A DNA stretch of 64,000 nucleotides, from the NCBI GenBank assembly GCA_963706455.1, contig CAVPNO010000099.1, positions 98,967-162,966 on the forward strand, written 5' to 3'. The position numbers were made by a program, and so were the translations under genes. Numbering within the stretch: position 1 is the first letter of the stretch; each line of letters begins with the position of its first letter. This DNA comes from an uncultured Acidobacteriota bacterium (GTDB lineage: Bacteria; Acidobacteriota; Terriglobia; Terriglobales; Acidobacteriaceae). Shown piece after piece: positions 8,070-18,299 of this stretch. The notes beneath the pieces are model-generated. The model saw nothing but the letters and a program-made list of their open reading frames with translations. It searched no databases and had not been told where the DNA came from.

Positions 8070-10671
8070 CGATTTCTCCCTTGATGATGTGTTCCTGGGG
8101 CAGTGAAAAATAGAAAGTAGCGCCTTTTCCGACTTCGCCTTCGGCCCAGACTTCGCCGCCATGGCGCTCGACGATGCGGCGGACATTGGCCAAGCCGATT
8201 CCGATTCCTTCGAATTCGTCTTCGCCGTGCAGCCGCTGGAAAACCTGAAAGAGCTTGTCGTAATAGCGCATGTCGAACCCTGCGCCGTTATCCTCGACAA
8301 AGAAGGCCAGGCTGCCGTCCTTTGCCGGCCTGGTTCCGATCGAAATTACGGCCTCTGTTCGGTTGCGCGTAAACTTCAGGGCATTGGCGATGAGGTTTTC
8401 AAGCACCTGGCGCAGCATCGGCCGATCGGCGGTAACCATTGGCAGGGTGGCTATATTCCAGATGATCGTCCGGCCGCGCAATTCCGGCTCCAGCTCTTTG
8501 CACGCATCATCGATGACCTGATTGAGGTTCACCGGATTCCTGTGAATCTCGCTGCGCCCCAGGCGCGAGAACTGGAGCAACTCATCGATCAGGCGGCCCA
8601 TGCGCTGCGACGCTTCCAGGGTGCAATCGACGTAGTGCTTGCCGCGCTCATCGAGAGACTCGTAGCTACGCTTGGAAAGCAGGGTGAGGAAGCCGTCCAT
8701 GTGCCGCAGCGGCGCGCGCAGGTCGTGGGAGACGGAGTAGGCGAATCGCTCCAGCTCTTTTGAGCTGTGGAGCAATTCGGTGTTGGCGCACGTGGTTTCT
8801 GCCATGGCCCGAGCCAGCTTGACGCCGCCATATCCCAGCCTGGAGAGCACGCCGGCCAGCCGCGTGCACAACTCCATCGCGGCCTTCACGCGGGCGTGGC
8901 TGAGGCGGGGCACACGATCCAGCGCGGCGAGGTACTCCGATTCGTCGAATCCATAGCGGCGAGCCTGAGCCGCATAAAGGCTGGTGTCGACCATATCGTC
9001 GTCAAAAAGGAACTGCCCGGAAAAGAGGTTTCCGATGTGGCGGTCGCCGAGCATCACGGGGGTAACGATGTCCCACATGTTGTTCTTGCATTTGTAGAGC
9101 CTGAATTCTCCGGGGGCGACTCCGGTGGTCAGCTGGCAGTCGCTCTCAATGCAGTTTTGGCAAGCCACGGGATGGGCGCGATGAAATCTTGTGCAGATTT
9201 CCTGCCACCCCGTGCCGACCAGCACGTTGCCTTCGAGGTCGAGAATGAAGATGGGAATGCCGGCCAGTTTCCGGACGTCTTCCATCAATGGCTGAACGAC
9301 ATCCACGTCGAGAATGTCACGCAGTTCGACGCTGGCGATGTCGCCTTGCGGAGAAAGAATGCTGTCGAGCTTCCGGCGGACCTGATGCTCGCTTTCCTGG
9401 AGCTGCCGGGTGCGCTGGTCTACGCGTTGCTCGAGGTCGCGGTTGAGTTCGCGGATCTGCTCGTCCGCGCGCTTGCGTTCGGAGATATCGCGCGCGATGG
9501 CGGAATAGCCAGTGATTTCCCCATTGGCATTGCACACGGGGGACAGGGTTACAGAGACGTAGAAGCGGGAACCGTCCTTGCGCATCCTGACGGTCTCGTG
9601 GTGCTGGACGGAATCGCCGCGGCGGATCTGCGCGAGGAACTCCTGCTGTTCCCGGTGGCATTCGGGCGGAACGAGCATCAGCACCGACTTGCCGATGGCT
9701 TCGGAGGCGCTGTAACCGTAAAGCCTCTCCGCACCTTCGTTCCAGGTCATGATGATGCCGTCGAGGGTCTTGCTCAGGATGGCGTCGTCGGAGGAATCAA
9801 TAATGGCGGCCAGGCGGAGGTCGACATTGTCGATGGAGTGGGCATTCCACACCGTAATCAGAACCAGGGTGGCACTGTACAAAATGACCATCGCCACAAT
9901 GCCCGCGGACGGCGTGAGCAAGCCCCATCTGGTGGCTTCAAGGTAGATCCACCCGGTGAGCAGGGGCACGAGGGTAGCGGCGGGCACAAGCCAGCGGATG
10001 GTCCTGCCGCCGGCGCTCTTGCTGAGCAGGGGAGCGAGCACACCCTGACGATTAGGAAACAAGAGCATTCCCATGGAGAGTGCCAGCACGGCGGCCGCGG
10101 TGTGGCCGGCGGCGCCTTCGATCTTGTCACGGCGGAAGATCAAATCGAGGACCGCATCCTGGGCGGTGAGATTGGCCAGCAGAGCCAGGAATGGTCCCAG
10201 CCGGGCAATCGATTTTTGACGGGCGCTCGACACCGGCAGGAACAGGCCCGTGAGGACGAAAAAGACGGCGGTCTGCGAAACCATGCGAGGCTCGTCCACA
10301 TGCCAGCGCAAATCATTCCAGAACAGCTGATCGATGTGGAGGTTCCAGCCAAAAAGCGATTCCAGCAGGGACATGGCCCCGATAGCGAACACGCCAAGCC
10401 CGATCAGGGGTGGCGCGATGGTCCGCCACGCGCCGCGGGCGTGCAAGATGAGCAACAGCCCGATTCCTGCGGCGATCAGGCAGAGGGCTGTATTGAACTT
10501 CATGACGTTGAAGTCGGGGCGCAATTGCACCAGAGCCCGAATTCCCAGCACCCAACCCGTCACGACGAGGATGCCGACCGCCGAGGTGGAGGCGGCGACC
10601 GCGCTGATGAGGGCCCGGTATCGGGACTCTATCCGCTGTGCTTCACGGTTTCTTCCGGTACTCGGTTTCAT
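8038..10671 (-). CDS. Membrane sensor histidine kinase with PAS and PocR domains
   Basis: Multiple N-terminal TM helices; PAS (SSDDAILSKTLDGIIMTWNEGAERLYGY); PocR-like (ICTRFHR..CIESD..YKCKNNMWDIVTP..LFSGQF); SVSHDLRAPLR H-box, NALKF, DNGAGF, GIGIGL. Start uncertain (10671-10791). Confidence 0.88.
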   Translation of the reverse strand: MKPSTGRNREAQRIESRYRALISAVAASTSAVGILVVTGWVLGIRALVQLRPDFNVMKFNTALCLIAAGIGLLLILHARGAWRTIAPPLIGLGVFAIGAMSLLESLFGWNLHIDQLFWNDLRWHVDEPRMVSQTAVFFVLTGLFLPVSSARQKSIARLGPFLALLANLTAQDAVLDLIFRRDKIEGAAGHTAAAVLALSMGMLLFPNRQGVLAPLLSKSAGGRTIRWLVPAATLVPLLTGWIYLEATRWGLLTPSAGIVAMVILYSATLVLITVWNAHSIDNVDLRLAAIIDSSDDAILSKTLDGIIMTWNEGAERLYGYSASEAIGKSVLMLVPPECHREQQEFLAQIRRGDSVQHHETVRMRKDGSRFYVSVTLSPVCNANGEITGYSAIARDISERKRADEQIRELNRDLEQRVDQRTRQLQESEHQVRRKLDSILSPQGDIASVELRDILDVDVVQPLMEDVRKLAGIPIFILDLEGNVLVGTGWQEICTRFHRAHPVACQNCIESDCQLTTGVAPGEFRLYKCKNNMWDIVTPVMLGDRHIGNLFSGQFLFDDDMVDTSLYAAQARRYGFDESEYLAALDRVPRLSHARVKAAMELCTRLAGVLSRLGYGGVKLARAMAETTCANTELLHSSKELERFAYSVSHDLRAPLRHMDGFLTLLSKRSYESLDERGKHYVDCTLEASQRMGRLIDELLQFSRLGRSEIHRNPVNLNQVIDDACKELEPELRGRTIIWNIATLPMVTADRPMLRQVLENLIANALKFTRNRTEAVISIGTRPAKDGSLAFFVEDNGAGFDMRYYDKLFQVFQRLHGEDEFEGIGIGLANVRRIVERHGGEVWAEGEVGKGATFYFSLPQEHIIKGEIDEPVETHLVG

Positions 10672-11270
10672 GATCCAGGCTTCCTGCCCAAGCAAAAATG
10701 TCGGCTGTTGCTCTCGGGCGTCGTGGAAATCCCGGGCTGGCACCGTAAAACGAAACATCCAACCACGACCTCGCCTGATGACCAACGTCACAGGTCCTGT
10801 CCAGTTAGCCGTGGGGGAATCAGCTCCAAGGCAGTACTTCAGGGATCGTTACGAGGCAGTATCGGACGATTTTCAAAATTCTGATCGTGATGGTTATCAC
10901 AGAGCCCACATTTGTCACAAAACGGGAAAAGGCTCAGGCTCGAGAATCTATCTGGGAATTCTACGGTCCAAGCGGTATGGTCTATGATCCGCAATACTTT
11001 ATGTGCGCAGGAAGGAGAGACCGGTCGGATCGTTCGCGGTGCCAACGCGGACAAAACGGGCATTAAATCTAAAGTAACCTGGAACACTTGCATCCAGTCA
11101 AAACGCGAGACAGAACCCGGCTGAAGACAGTTACTGGCGGTGCAGGTGGGAATGCGGAATTGGGCTGGCCTGCGCACGGTCTCAGCCGGCCCTTCCCCAA
11201 GAAGGCAATGCACGGGTTTACCCGACCCGGAATTGCCTCGGGCAAAACCGCAAAATATTGCAATTGGTTC

Positions 11271-11320
11271 CCATAGAAGTTCGAGTGGTGTATGATCTCT
11301 TTCCATAGAAGTTCGAGTGG
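11271..11320 (+). promoter_or_regulatory. Tandem 18-bp direct repeat, probable PadR operator overlapping its promoter
   Basis: CCATAGAAGTTCGAGTGG at 11271-11288 and 11303-11320 (32-bp period), flanking TATGAT at 11291-11296, immediately upstream of padR. Confidence 0.7.
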
Positions 11321-11327
11321 AGAGGCA

Positions 11328-11681
11328 ATGGCCAAAAGGAACCAACCCGAGAGCGAGATGCTCAAGGGCACTCTGGACATGATGATCTTGCGAACGCTTG
11401 TGGGCGGAGATGCCCATGGGCACACCATCGCGAAAGTCATTGAGCGGACCTCAGAAGATGTTCTTGAAGTGGAACAGGGCTCGCTCTACCCGGCCCTTCA
11501 CCGGCTTGAAGACCGGCGGTGGGTTTCTTCCTACTGGGGCGCGAGCGAAAACAATCGCAAAGCGAAGTTCTACCGGCTGACGGCAGAAGGCCGTAAACAG
11601 CTGGTGCGGGAGACCAGCCGCTGGCGCCAGATGACGCGCGCCATCGGGCTGGTGATAGGCGAAGAAGGGGGTGCGCAATGA
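11328..11681 (+). CDS. PadR family transcriptional regulator (acidobacterial type)
   Basis: LKGTLDMMIL..HGHTIA..GSLYPALHRLE..SENNRKAKFYRLTAEGRKQL; ATG 11328 after GAGAGG. Confidence 0.93.
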   Translation: MAKRNQPESEMLKGTLDMMILRTLVGGDAHGHTIAKVIERTSEDVLEVEQGSLYPALHRLEDRRWVSSYWGASENNRKAKFYRLTAEGRKQLVRETSRWRQMTRAIGLVIGEEGGAQ

Positions 11682-14333
11682 GCTGGTCGAGGTTTCTTCG
11701 CAGAAAGCGCTCCGACGCCGATTTGCAGGACGAGATTGAGGTGTTCCTGGCCGAAGAAACCGCTGACAACGAGGCTCGCGGGATGTCGCACGACGAGGCC
11801 CTCAGGCAGGCGCGGCTCAAGCTGGGCAACCCGCAGAAGGTGCGTGAATCGTTGTGGGCGCAGAACTCTCCCCAGCCGTTGACCAGAATCGGGCGCGACG
11901 TGAAATACGCTTTACGCACACTGAGCCGCACCCCCGGATTCTCAATCATCGCGGTTTCGGTCATTGCTCTGTGCATCGGTGCGGCCACCACGCTGTTCAC
12001 GATCGTGCGCTCGGTACTGCTGCGGCCGCTTCCTTTCCGCGATCCCGACCGGCTGGTGATCGTGCACGAGCACTTTCGAGGGGCTTGGGCGAACACACCG
12101 GGGGAATTCAATTACAACCCCGTGGCGCCGGCGGACTTTTACGACTGGCGCGCGAAGACCCATGGCTTTGATGACATGGCAATCATGCGGTACGCGGGGT
12201 ACAACCTGACCGGTGATCGCGGCGAGCTTCCGGAGTCGGTCCGCGCGGCCGCAGGCTCATGGAATCTGTTTCAGCTTCTAGGAGTGCAACCGGCATTGGG
12301 CCGTCCATTTACTGATTCAGAGGACCAACGCGGCAACACCGTTGTGATGCTCAGCTGGAGCGTATTCCAAAGACGGTTCGCGGGCGATGCCACGATTGTG
12401 GGCCGCCAGATTCACCTCGATGGCAAGCCCTACACCGTTGTCGGCGTGCTGCCTTCGTGGTTCACATATCCCGATGCCGGCATTCAGTTGTGGGTTCCGT
12501 ATAAAGCGGATGCCACTCCGGAGCTGTTGCAGCATCACGACTGGCACCAGAGCCAGGTGGTAGCGCGGTTGCGCCCTGACGTGAGCCTTGCAAGCGCCCT
12601 GGCGCAGGTAGGCGCCGTGCAGTACCAGTTGCACCTTGCATACCCGCACGATCCGGTGGCCGAAGATGTAGCTCCCCGTTCGCTAAACGAGGATCTGGCC
12701 GGGAATGTGAAGAAGCCACTGAATGTGATGATGAGCGCCGTCGGCTGCCTGCTGCTGATTGGGTGCCTTAATGTCGCGAATTTGCTGGTTGCGCGGAGCG
12801 CGTCACGGCAAAAGGAGGTCGCGATCCGCAGCGCTCTGGGAGCGCCGCGGGCCATATTGATTCGCGATCAGTTGACCGAGAGCATGCTGATCTGCGCTGC
12901 CGGAGGCCTGGGCGGCATTCTGTTGTCGGTAGTCGCCGCGCAGTGGCTCGCGCAGGCTTGGAAAGACCTGCCCACGGCGCAAAGCATCCACCTAGATGGC
13001 GCTGTGATCGCGTTTGCGTGCTTGTTGATGTGCGCAGCGGCGCTGGTTGCCGGCCTGCTGCCGGCGCTCTCGACAACCGGCAAGGCGATGATGAAAGCCC
13101 TGCAGACATCCGCGCGCACGGGGGCGAGCAGTGTTTCCCGTACGGCACTGCGAAAGTCTCTGCTCACCGCGGAGATCGGAATCACGGTGGTCTTGCTGGT
13201 TGCCGCGGGGCTGCTGCTGATGAGCTTTCTGCGGCTTCGTTCAGCCGACGTGGGCTGCGTTACCGACAACATGCTCACCCTGCAATACAGCCTGCCGGAC
13301 AAGAAGTACGACACGCCGGAGAAGGTGAACGCATTCAATGAAGCATTACTGGAGCGGGTAAGAGCCATTCCCGGGGTACGCGCTGCTGCACTGGGAAACA
13401 CTGTTCCCGCAGCCGGCTATTGGGGCGACTTCGTATTCACGGTGAAGGAGTATCCTCCGCTCAAAGCGGGCGACGATCTGCCCGACGCGCTGATGCGCTG
13501 GGCAGATCCAGGGTATTTCAGCGCGCTCGGCATTCCGCTTCAGAGTGGTCGATTCTTTACCAACGACGAGCGCGGCGCCCGCTCGTACAAGGTGATTGTG
13601 AGCCGTGAACTCGTGCGGCAGTACTTCCCGGGGGACAATCCCATCGGCAAGCATCTGCACGTTCCGGCGCATTTCCATCAAGGAGCGCCCAACGACGTCG
13701 ATTACGAAGTCGTGGGCGTAGTCGGCGACACCTTGTACCAGGTCGGCAAAGCAGACGAAGTCGGCCATGTACTTCCCGATCCTTGAAGGCATGAATGTGC
13801 TGATGCTCGCTGTTCATACAGCTTCGGATCCATTGCAGTTCTCGGTGCCGGTGCAAAAGCAGATTGCATCTCTCGATCCTGAGCTTCCGGTTTCCGATGT
13901 TCGCACCATGGACCAGGTGATCGGCAAGTCATTGGTCAATGCAAGCCTGAGCGCGACTCTCGTACTTGCCTTTGCGATTTTGTCGCTGCTTCTTGCCTCG
14001 GTGGGATTGTACGGCGTGCTGTCGTACCTGACCACTCAGCGGACGACGGAACTGGGAATCCGCATGGCGCTCGGCGCGCAACGAGATCAGCTTTTGCAGT
14101 TGATGCTGGTCGATGGCCTGCGGCCGGCGCTGTTCGGGCTCGGGCTTGGCCTGGTGGCGAGCTTCGCGGCGACACGCATCTTCCAGTCGATGCTCTTCGG
14201 AACGAAGCCTCTGGATCCCGTGGTTCTCTCCGCCGTGATTGCGACGTTGTTGGCGGTCGCGGTGCTGGCCTGCCTCGCTCCCGCATGGCGCGCTTCCCGG
14301 CTGGATCCAATGCAAGCGCTCCGAACCGAGTAA
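11678..14333 (+). pseudogene. ADOP/MacB-FtsX duplicated ABC permease split by a +1 frameshift near 13750 (pseudogene or sequencing error)
   Basis: ORF 11678-13786 and ORF 13767-14333 join into one permease (LLIGCLNVANLL, GLYGVLSY..QRTTELGIRMALGA, DPMQALRTE) if one A is removed from GGCAAAGCAG. Confidence 0.85.
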
Positions 14334-14376
14334 TACCGATACGGGCTCCGAACAGCTGGATCATGCTGCCCTTTTC

Positions 14377-14411
14377 GGCACGACTCAAGCCACCCCCGGG
14401 AAGTTGTGCCC
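14377..14411. repeat. Degenerate REP-like palindrome
   Basis: GGCACGACT...GAAGTTGTGCCC between convergent genes; related to the hairpin at 17257. Confidence 0.4.
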
Positions 14412-14470
14412 TGTTACCTGGCCGGTTTGGAAAGAGCTCAGTAAGCCTGGGGCTGATGGACGTTGGGCCA

Positions 14471-16288
14471 TTACGCCTCCAGGAGCAGCAAGCGGGCGGG
14501 ATCGAGGGTAATGGTCCAGGGCTGCGGTTCTGTCTGCAAACGCCGCCACAGATCCTTGGGAACGTCCGCCTGGAAATGAGGCTGCTCTCCAGATTGGGGG
14601 CCGGAATGGAGCCGCAGGTAGAGCGTCATCTCGTGGGGGGCTTCACTGGTCATGACCAGCCAGGAAGGGAAGGTGTTCTGGCCGGATGCATAGGGCGGAA
14701 AGACGATCTGGTGGGAGCGGTAGCCGATGTGGGTGAGCGAGGCGGGGACCACGGCGGCGGTCGCAAGTTCGCAATTCCACTCCGGTACTGCGAGGCGATG
14801 GTCAGAGACGCGGGTGGCCGCAACGATGTTCTTGCAACCGGTGAGACGCGCGGCGGCGACGGTACGGGGGCGCTCGAATAGTTCGTGTTTGGGGCCTTTC
14901 GCGATTATGCGTCCGCGATCGAGGACAAGCAGATCGGTGCAAAAGCGAAACGCTTCCTCCATGTCGTGAGTGACGAATACGACGGCGCCGGTGAAGCGCG
15001 CCAGCGTGTCGCGAAGCTGCTCCTCGGTCTGGCGTCGGAGATGAGGATCGAGGGCGGCGAAGGGCTCGTCGAGAAGCAGCGCATCGGGCTGAATGGCCAT
15101 ACAGCGCGCAATCGCTACGCGCTGGCGTTCGCCGCCGGAGATATCTCTCGGGTAGCGATTCGCCAGTTCGGCGATGCGCAGCGAAGCCAGTTGTTGCTCA
15201 ACGCGCGCGCGCCGCTCGGTTCGCGGCAGGCCGGTGAGGCCGAAGCCAATATTTCCCGCGACGGTGAGGTGCGGGAAGAGAGCATAGTCCTGGAAAACCA
15301 CGCCAACCCGTCGCTGCGAGGGAGGGAGATTGGTCCGCGAAGCGCTGTCGAACAGAACGCGGCCATTGAGCGCAATGCGTCCACAGTCGGGCGTGGAGAC
15401 TCCCGCAATCATGCGCAAGGTCATCGACTTTCCGGAGCCGGACGGACCCAGCAACCCGACGGCGCCGGCGCGGGACGCGAGATCCACATGGAGCGTGAAG
15501 TTTTCCAATCGCCGCTCGACCGCAACCTCGAGCGAGCCACCGGTGCCGATGCCATTGGCGCGCACGGCGATCAGCATGGGAACAGTCTGGAGAGAAGTGG
15601 CAGGCGGAACGGATTGGGGTAGATCCGGACGCGTCTTTTTTTCCCAATTGAGCAGCCGGATGATGGCCAGCGAGAGGACAACGATGAGCGTGACCCACGC
15701 CAGAGCGACGCGCATGTCGCCGCTCTCCGCGGCGGAGAAGATGGCAACGGGCATGGTCTGCGTGCGGCCGGGGATGTTGCCGGCCAGCATGAGGGTGGCG
15801 CCGAATTCACCCAGGGCACGCGCGAAGGCCAGCACGGTTCCGGCGATCACGCCGGGCGCAGCAAGGGGCAAGAGCACGCGCCGAAGAACGCCCCATTCGC
15901 TCGCTCCCAGCGTGCGCGCCGCCTGCAGCAGCGTCGGGTTGACCTGTTCGAATGCGCCCAGAGTGGTGCGATACATGAGCGGAAAGGCGATGACGGTGGC
16001 GGCAATGACCGTTGCCGGCCAGGAGAAGGCGATGCTGATGCCGAGCCGCTCCAGCGCCTGGCCGATCCAGCTGCGGCGGCCGAAGATGAGGAGCAGAAAG
16101 AAGCCGACGACGGTGGGCGGAAGGACCAGCGGCAGGGTAAGAATGCCGTCGATCCACGCGCGCAGGGAGCCATGCATCCCGTACATCCATCGCGCCGCGA
16201 TCATGCCGAGGAAGAAGGTGGCAATGGTGGCGACGCAGGTAGTGGCGATGGAAATGACGAGCGGAGATGGATCGACCGGAAGGGTCAC
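14471..16288 (-). CDS. modBC: Fused molybdate ABC permease/ATPase
   Basis: ModB part (LPLVLPPTVVGF, FARALGEFGAT, GNIPGRTQTMP) followed by an ABC ATPase (GPSGSGKS, ISGGERQR, LLLDEPF). Confidence 0.92.
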   Translation of the reverse strand: MTLPVDPSPLVISIATTCVATIATFFLGMIAARWMYGMHGSLRAWIDGILTLPLVLPPTVVGFFLLLIFGRRSWIGQALERLGISIAFSWPATVIAATVIAFPLMYRTTLGAFEQVNPTLLQAARTLGASEWGVLRRVLLPLAAPGVIAGTVLAFARALGEFGATLMLAGNIPGRTQTMPVAIFSAAESGDMRVALAWVTLIVVLSLAIIRLLNWEKKTRPDLPQSVPPATSLQTVPMLIAVRANGIGTGGSLEVAVERRLENFTLHVDLASRAGAVGLLGPSGSGKSMTLRMIAGVSTPDCGRIALNGRVLFDSASRTNLPPSQRRVGVVFQDYALFPHLTVAGNIGFGLTGLPRTERRARVEQQLASLRIAELANRYPRDISGGERQRVAIARCMAIQPDALLLDEPFAALDPHLRRQTEEQLRDTLARFTGAVVFVTHDMEEAFRFCTDLLVLDRGRIIAKGPKHELFERPRTVAAARLTGCKNIVAATRVSDHRLAVPEWNCELATAAVVPASLTHIGYRSHQIVFPPYASGQNTFPSWLVMTSEAPHEMTLYLRLHSGPQSGEQPHFQADVPKDLWRRLQTEPQPWTITLDPARLLLLEA

Positions 16289-16290
16289 GT

Positions 16291-17112
16291 TCAGGCCATT
16301 GTAAATCCGTGCTTGAGGAAGACAGTCCGGGCGGCGGGGCTGCTTAAGTAGGTAATGAAGTCGCGCGCTGCCGGTTGATTGCGGCTGGCGGCCATGATCG
16401 CCAGGGGATAAATGATGGGATCGTGCGATGATTCGGGAGCGGTGGCGACCACACGGACTTTGGAGGAAATCCTCGCGTCAGTTGCATAGACGAAGCCCGC
16501 GTCGGCATTGCCCGTCTCGACGTAGGTCAGGACCTGGCGGACGTCTTTTCCAAGTACGATCTTGCTGCGGATTTTGTCGTAGAGGTTCAACGAGGTCAGG
16601 GTCTGCTTGCCATATTGTCCGGCAGGCACACTGGCGGGATCGCCGAGCGCGATGAGGCGGATTCCGGATGCTGTCAGGCCGTCAAGGCCGGTCAGCTTTG
16701 AATCCTGCGGCGCAATCAGGACGAGCGAGTTGCGGAGCAGATTCATCCTGGTGCCGGGCTGGAGCGTACTCTGGGCCTCAAGATCATCCATCTGCCTGGT
16801 TCCGGCAGAGAGGAAAGCATCTACGGGCGCACCCTGTTCGATTTCGCGGGCCAGGGTTCCAGACGAGCCGAAGTTGTTACGAAAATCGACGGCGCCATGG
16901 TCTAGCTGATAATCGGCTTCGATCTCGACGATGGCGTCCTGCAGGCTGGCGGCAATGGAGAGCGTCAGGGTGGGGCGATGGGCCCGACATGCTGTAAGCG
17001 TAGTCCCTAACAGAAACAGCACCAGGATTGGGCAGATGGAGTATTGGCGCCGTGATTTCGCGATTTTGTTTTCCCCGACGGTCAACGCACCTCGATTTCC
17101 GCGCACACGCAT
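16291..17112 (-). CDS. modA: Molybdate ABC transporter substrate-binding lipoprotein
   Basis: AASLQDA, FGSSGTLAREIEQGAP, VPAGQY, DVRQVL, ADAGFVYATD; lipobox-like LTAC; start uncertain. Confidence 0.92.
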   Translation of the reverse strand: MRVRGNRGALTVGENKIAKSRRQYSICPILVLFLLGTTLTACRAHRPTLTLSIAASLQDAIVEIEADYQLDHGAVDFRNNFGSSGTLAREIEQGAPVDAFLSAGTRQMDDLEAQSTLQPGTRMNLLRNSLVLIAPQDSKLTGLDGLTASGIRLIALGDPASVPAGQYGKQTLTSLNLYDKIRSKIVLGKDVRQVLTYVETGNADAGFVYATDARISSKVRVVATAPESSHDPIIYPLAIMAASRNQPAARDFITYLSSPAARTVFLKHGFTMA

Positions 17113-17256
17113 CTCCCTGCTGTTGGATCATGCCGAGAAACAAATCCGCGACATGGTGCGCCAAACGTATCGATGAACAATTTTACACGGTTTTATGTAG
17201 TTCCCGGTCGTTATATGCAGCGAGTCGCGCTAATTTGGCAGCCCCGCGGAACATGG

Positions 17257-17276
17257 GGCGCGACTGAAGTCGCGCC
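17257..17276. repeat. REP-like hairpin
   Basis: GGCGCGAC-TGAA-GTCGCGCC, perfect 8-bp stem, intergenic. Confidence 0.55.
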
Positions 17277-17357
17277 GTATTACAAAGCGCGTTTCGCCGG
17301 AGTTCTTGCGCAGCGTCTGAGGTCGCGCCGGCTCCAAGACCGGTTTTTGAAGACGCT

Positions 17358-18299
17358 TTAGGCACGCGCTCCGGCTGTCTTATACGCAAACGGCGTGCTG
17401 GCAATGGCGACCCTGGGACGATTTTCGATGGCATGTCGAACGGCAGCCCGAGCCGCGACGAGTTCCTCGGCGCTGAGTTCCATTCGCGGGGAGCGGACTC
17501 GTGTGCTGCCGACGCACAGTTCATGCTGCACCTGCTTGATGAGCTGAATGAATTTGGGAACTGTGTCCATGCGGAGGAGGGGCAGGAACCACTGGTAAAG
17601 CTCGAAGGCTTCGCGGGACTGGCCAGCGGAGGCCAGTCGGAACAGTTCCACGCTCTCTCGCGGCAGGGCATTCACGAGTCCGGCTACCCAACCTATTGCG
17701 CCGGCATAAATTCCTTCGACGATGGCATCGTCGACCCCCACAAAGATTGCTAGGCGATCGGCAACGAGAGCGCGAATGGCGGTTACGCGGCGCACATCGG
17801 TAGAGGATTCTTTGACGGCTACGAGGTTGGCGTATTCCGCGGCCAATTCCTGAATCTGCGTGGGAAGGAAGTCGGTTCCATACGCCACGGGATTGTTGTA
17901 GAGCATCGCGGGGAGGGACGTCGCCTCGAGCACCGCAGACACATGGGCTTTCATCTCGGGCCAGTCGCCCTTGTAGACATAGGGTGGGAGGATCATCAGG
18001 CCACGGGCGCCATGGCCTTCGGCGGCCTTCGCCAGCGCCACCGCTTCCCATGTCGACAGGGCCGAGATGGTGGCCACCACCGGCACGTTGCCTTGCACGG
18101 CCTGAACGAGCGTGTCGATGAGGGCAATCTTCTCGTCGAATGAGAGCGTGGCGGCTTCGGCCAGAGAACCGAGGGCGATCAGGCCGGTGACGCCATTTTC
18201 CACCTGCCAGCACGCGTGGCGGGCAACAAAATCGTGATCGATTTGGAAGTTCGCATCAAATGCCGTCGTCAACGCCGGCATGACTCCAGTCCACTTCAT
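17358..18299 (-). CDS. DHDPS family protein, probably delta1-pyrroline-4-hydroxy-2-carboxylate deaminase
   Basis: GSLAE, LYNNP, AVKESS Schiff-base Lys, GVDD, GWVAG; in an operon with a hydroxyproline epimerase. Confidence 0.8.
   Translation of the reverse strand: MKWTGVMPALTTAFDANFQIDHDFVARHACWQVENGVTGLIALGSLAEAATLSFDEKIALIDTLVQAVQGNVPVVATISALSTWEAVALAKAAEGHGARGLMILPPYVYKGDWPEMKAHVSAVLEATSLPAMLYNNPVAYGTDFLPTQIQELAAEYANLVAVKESSTDVRRVTAIRALVADRLAIFVGVDDAIVEGIYAGAIGWVAGLVNALPRESVELFRLASAGQSREAFELYQWFLPLLRMDTVPKFIQLIKQVQHELCVGSTRVRSPRMELSAEELVAARAAVRHAIENRPRVAIASTPFAYKTAGARA

Noticed and set aside
8767-10884. 705-aa plus-strand ORF
   Set aside because: Antisense shadow of the histidine kinase, typical of high-GC codon bias; no motifs.
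17188-17220. ModE box upstream of modA
   Set aside because: Only half-site-like sequences (CGTTATAT, TTTATGTAG) in direct orientation; no complete palindrome.
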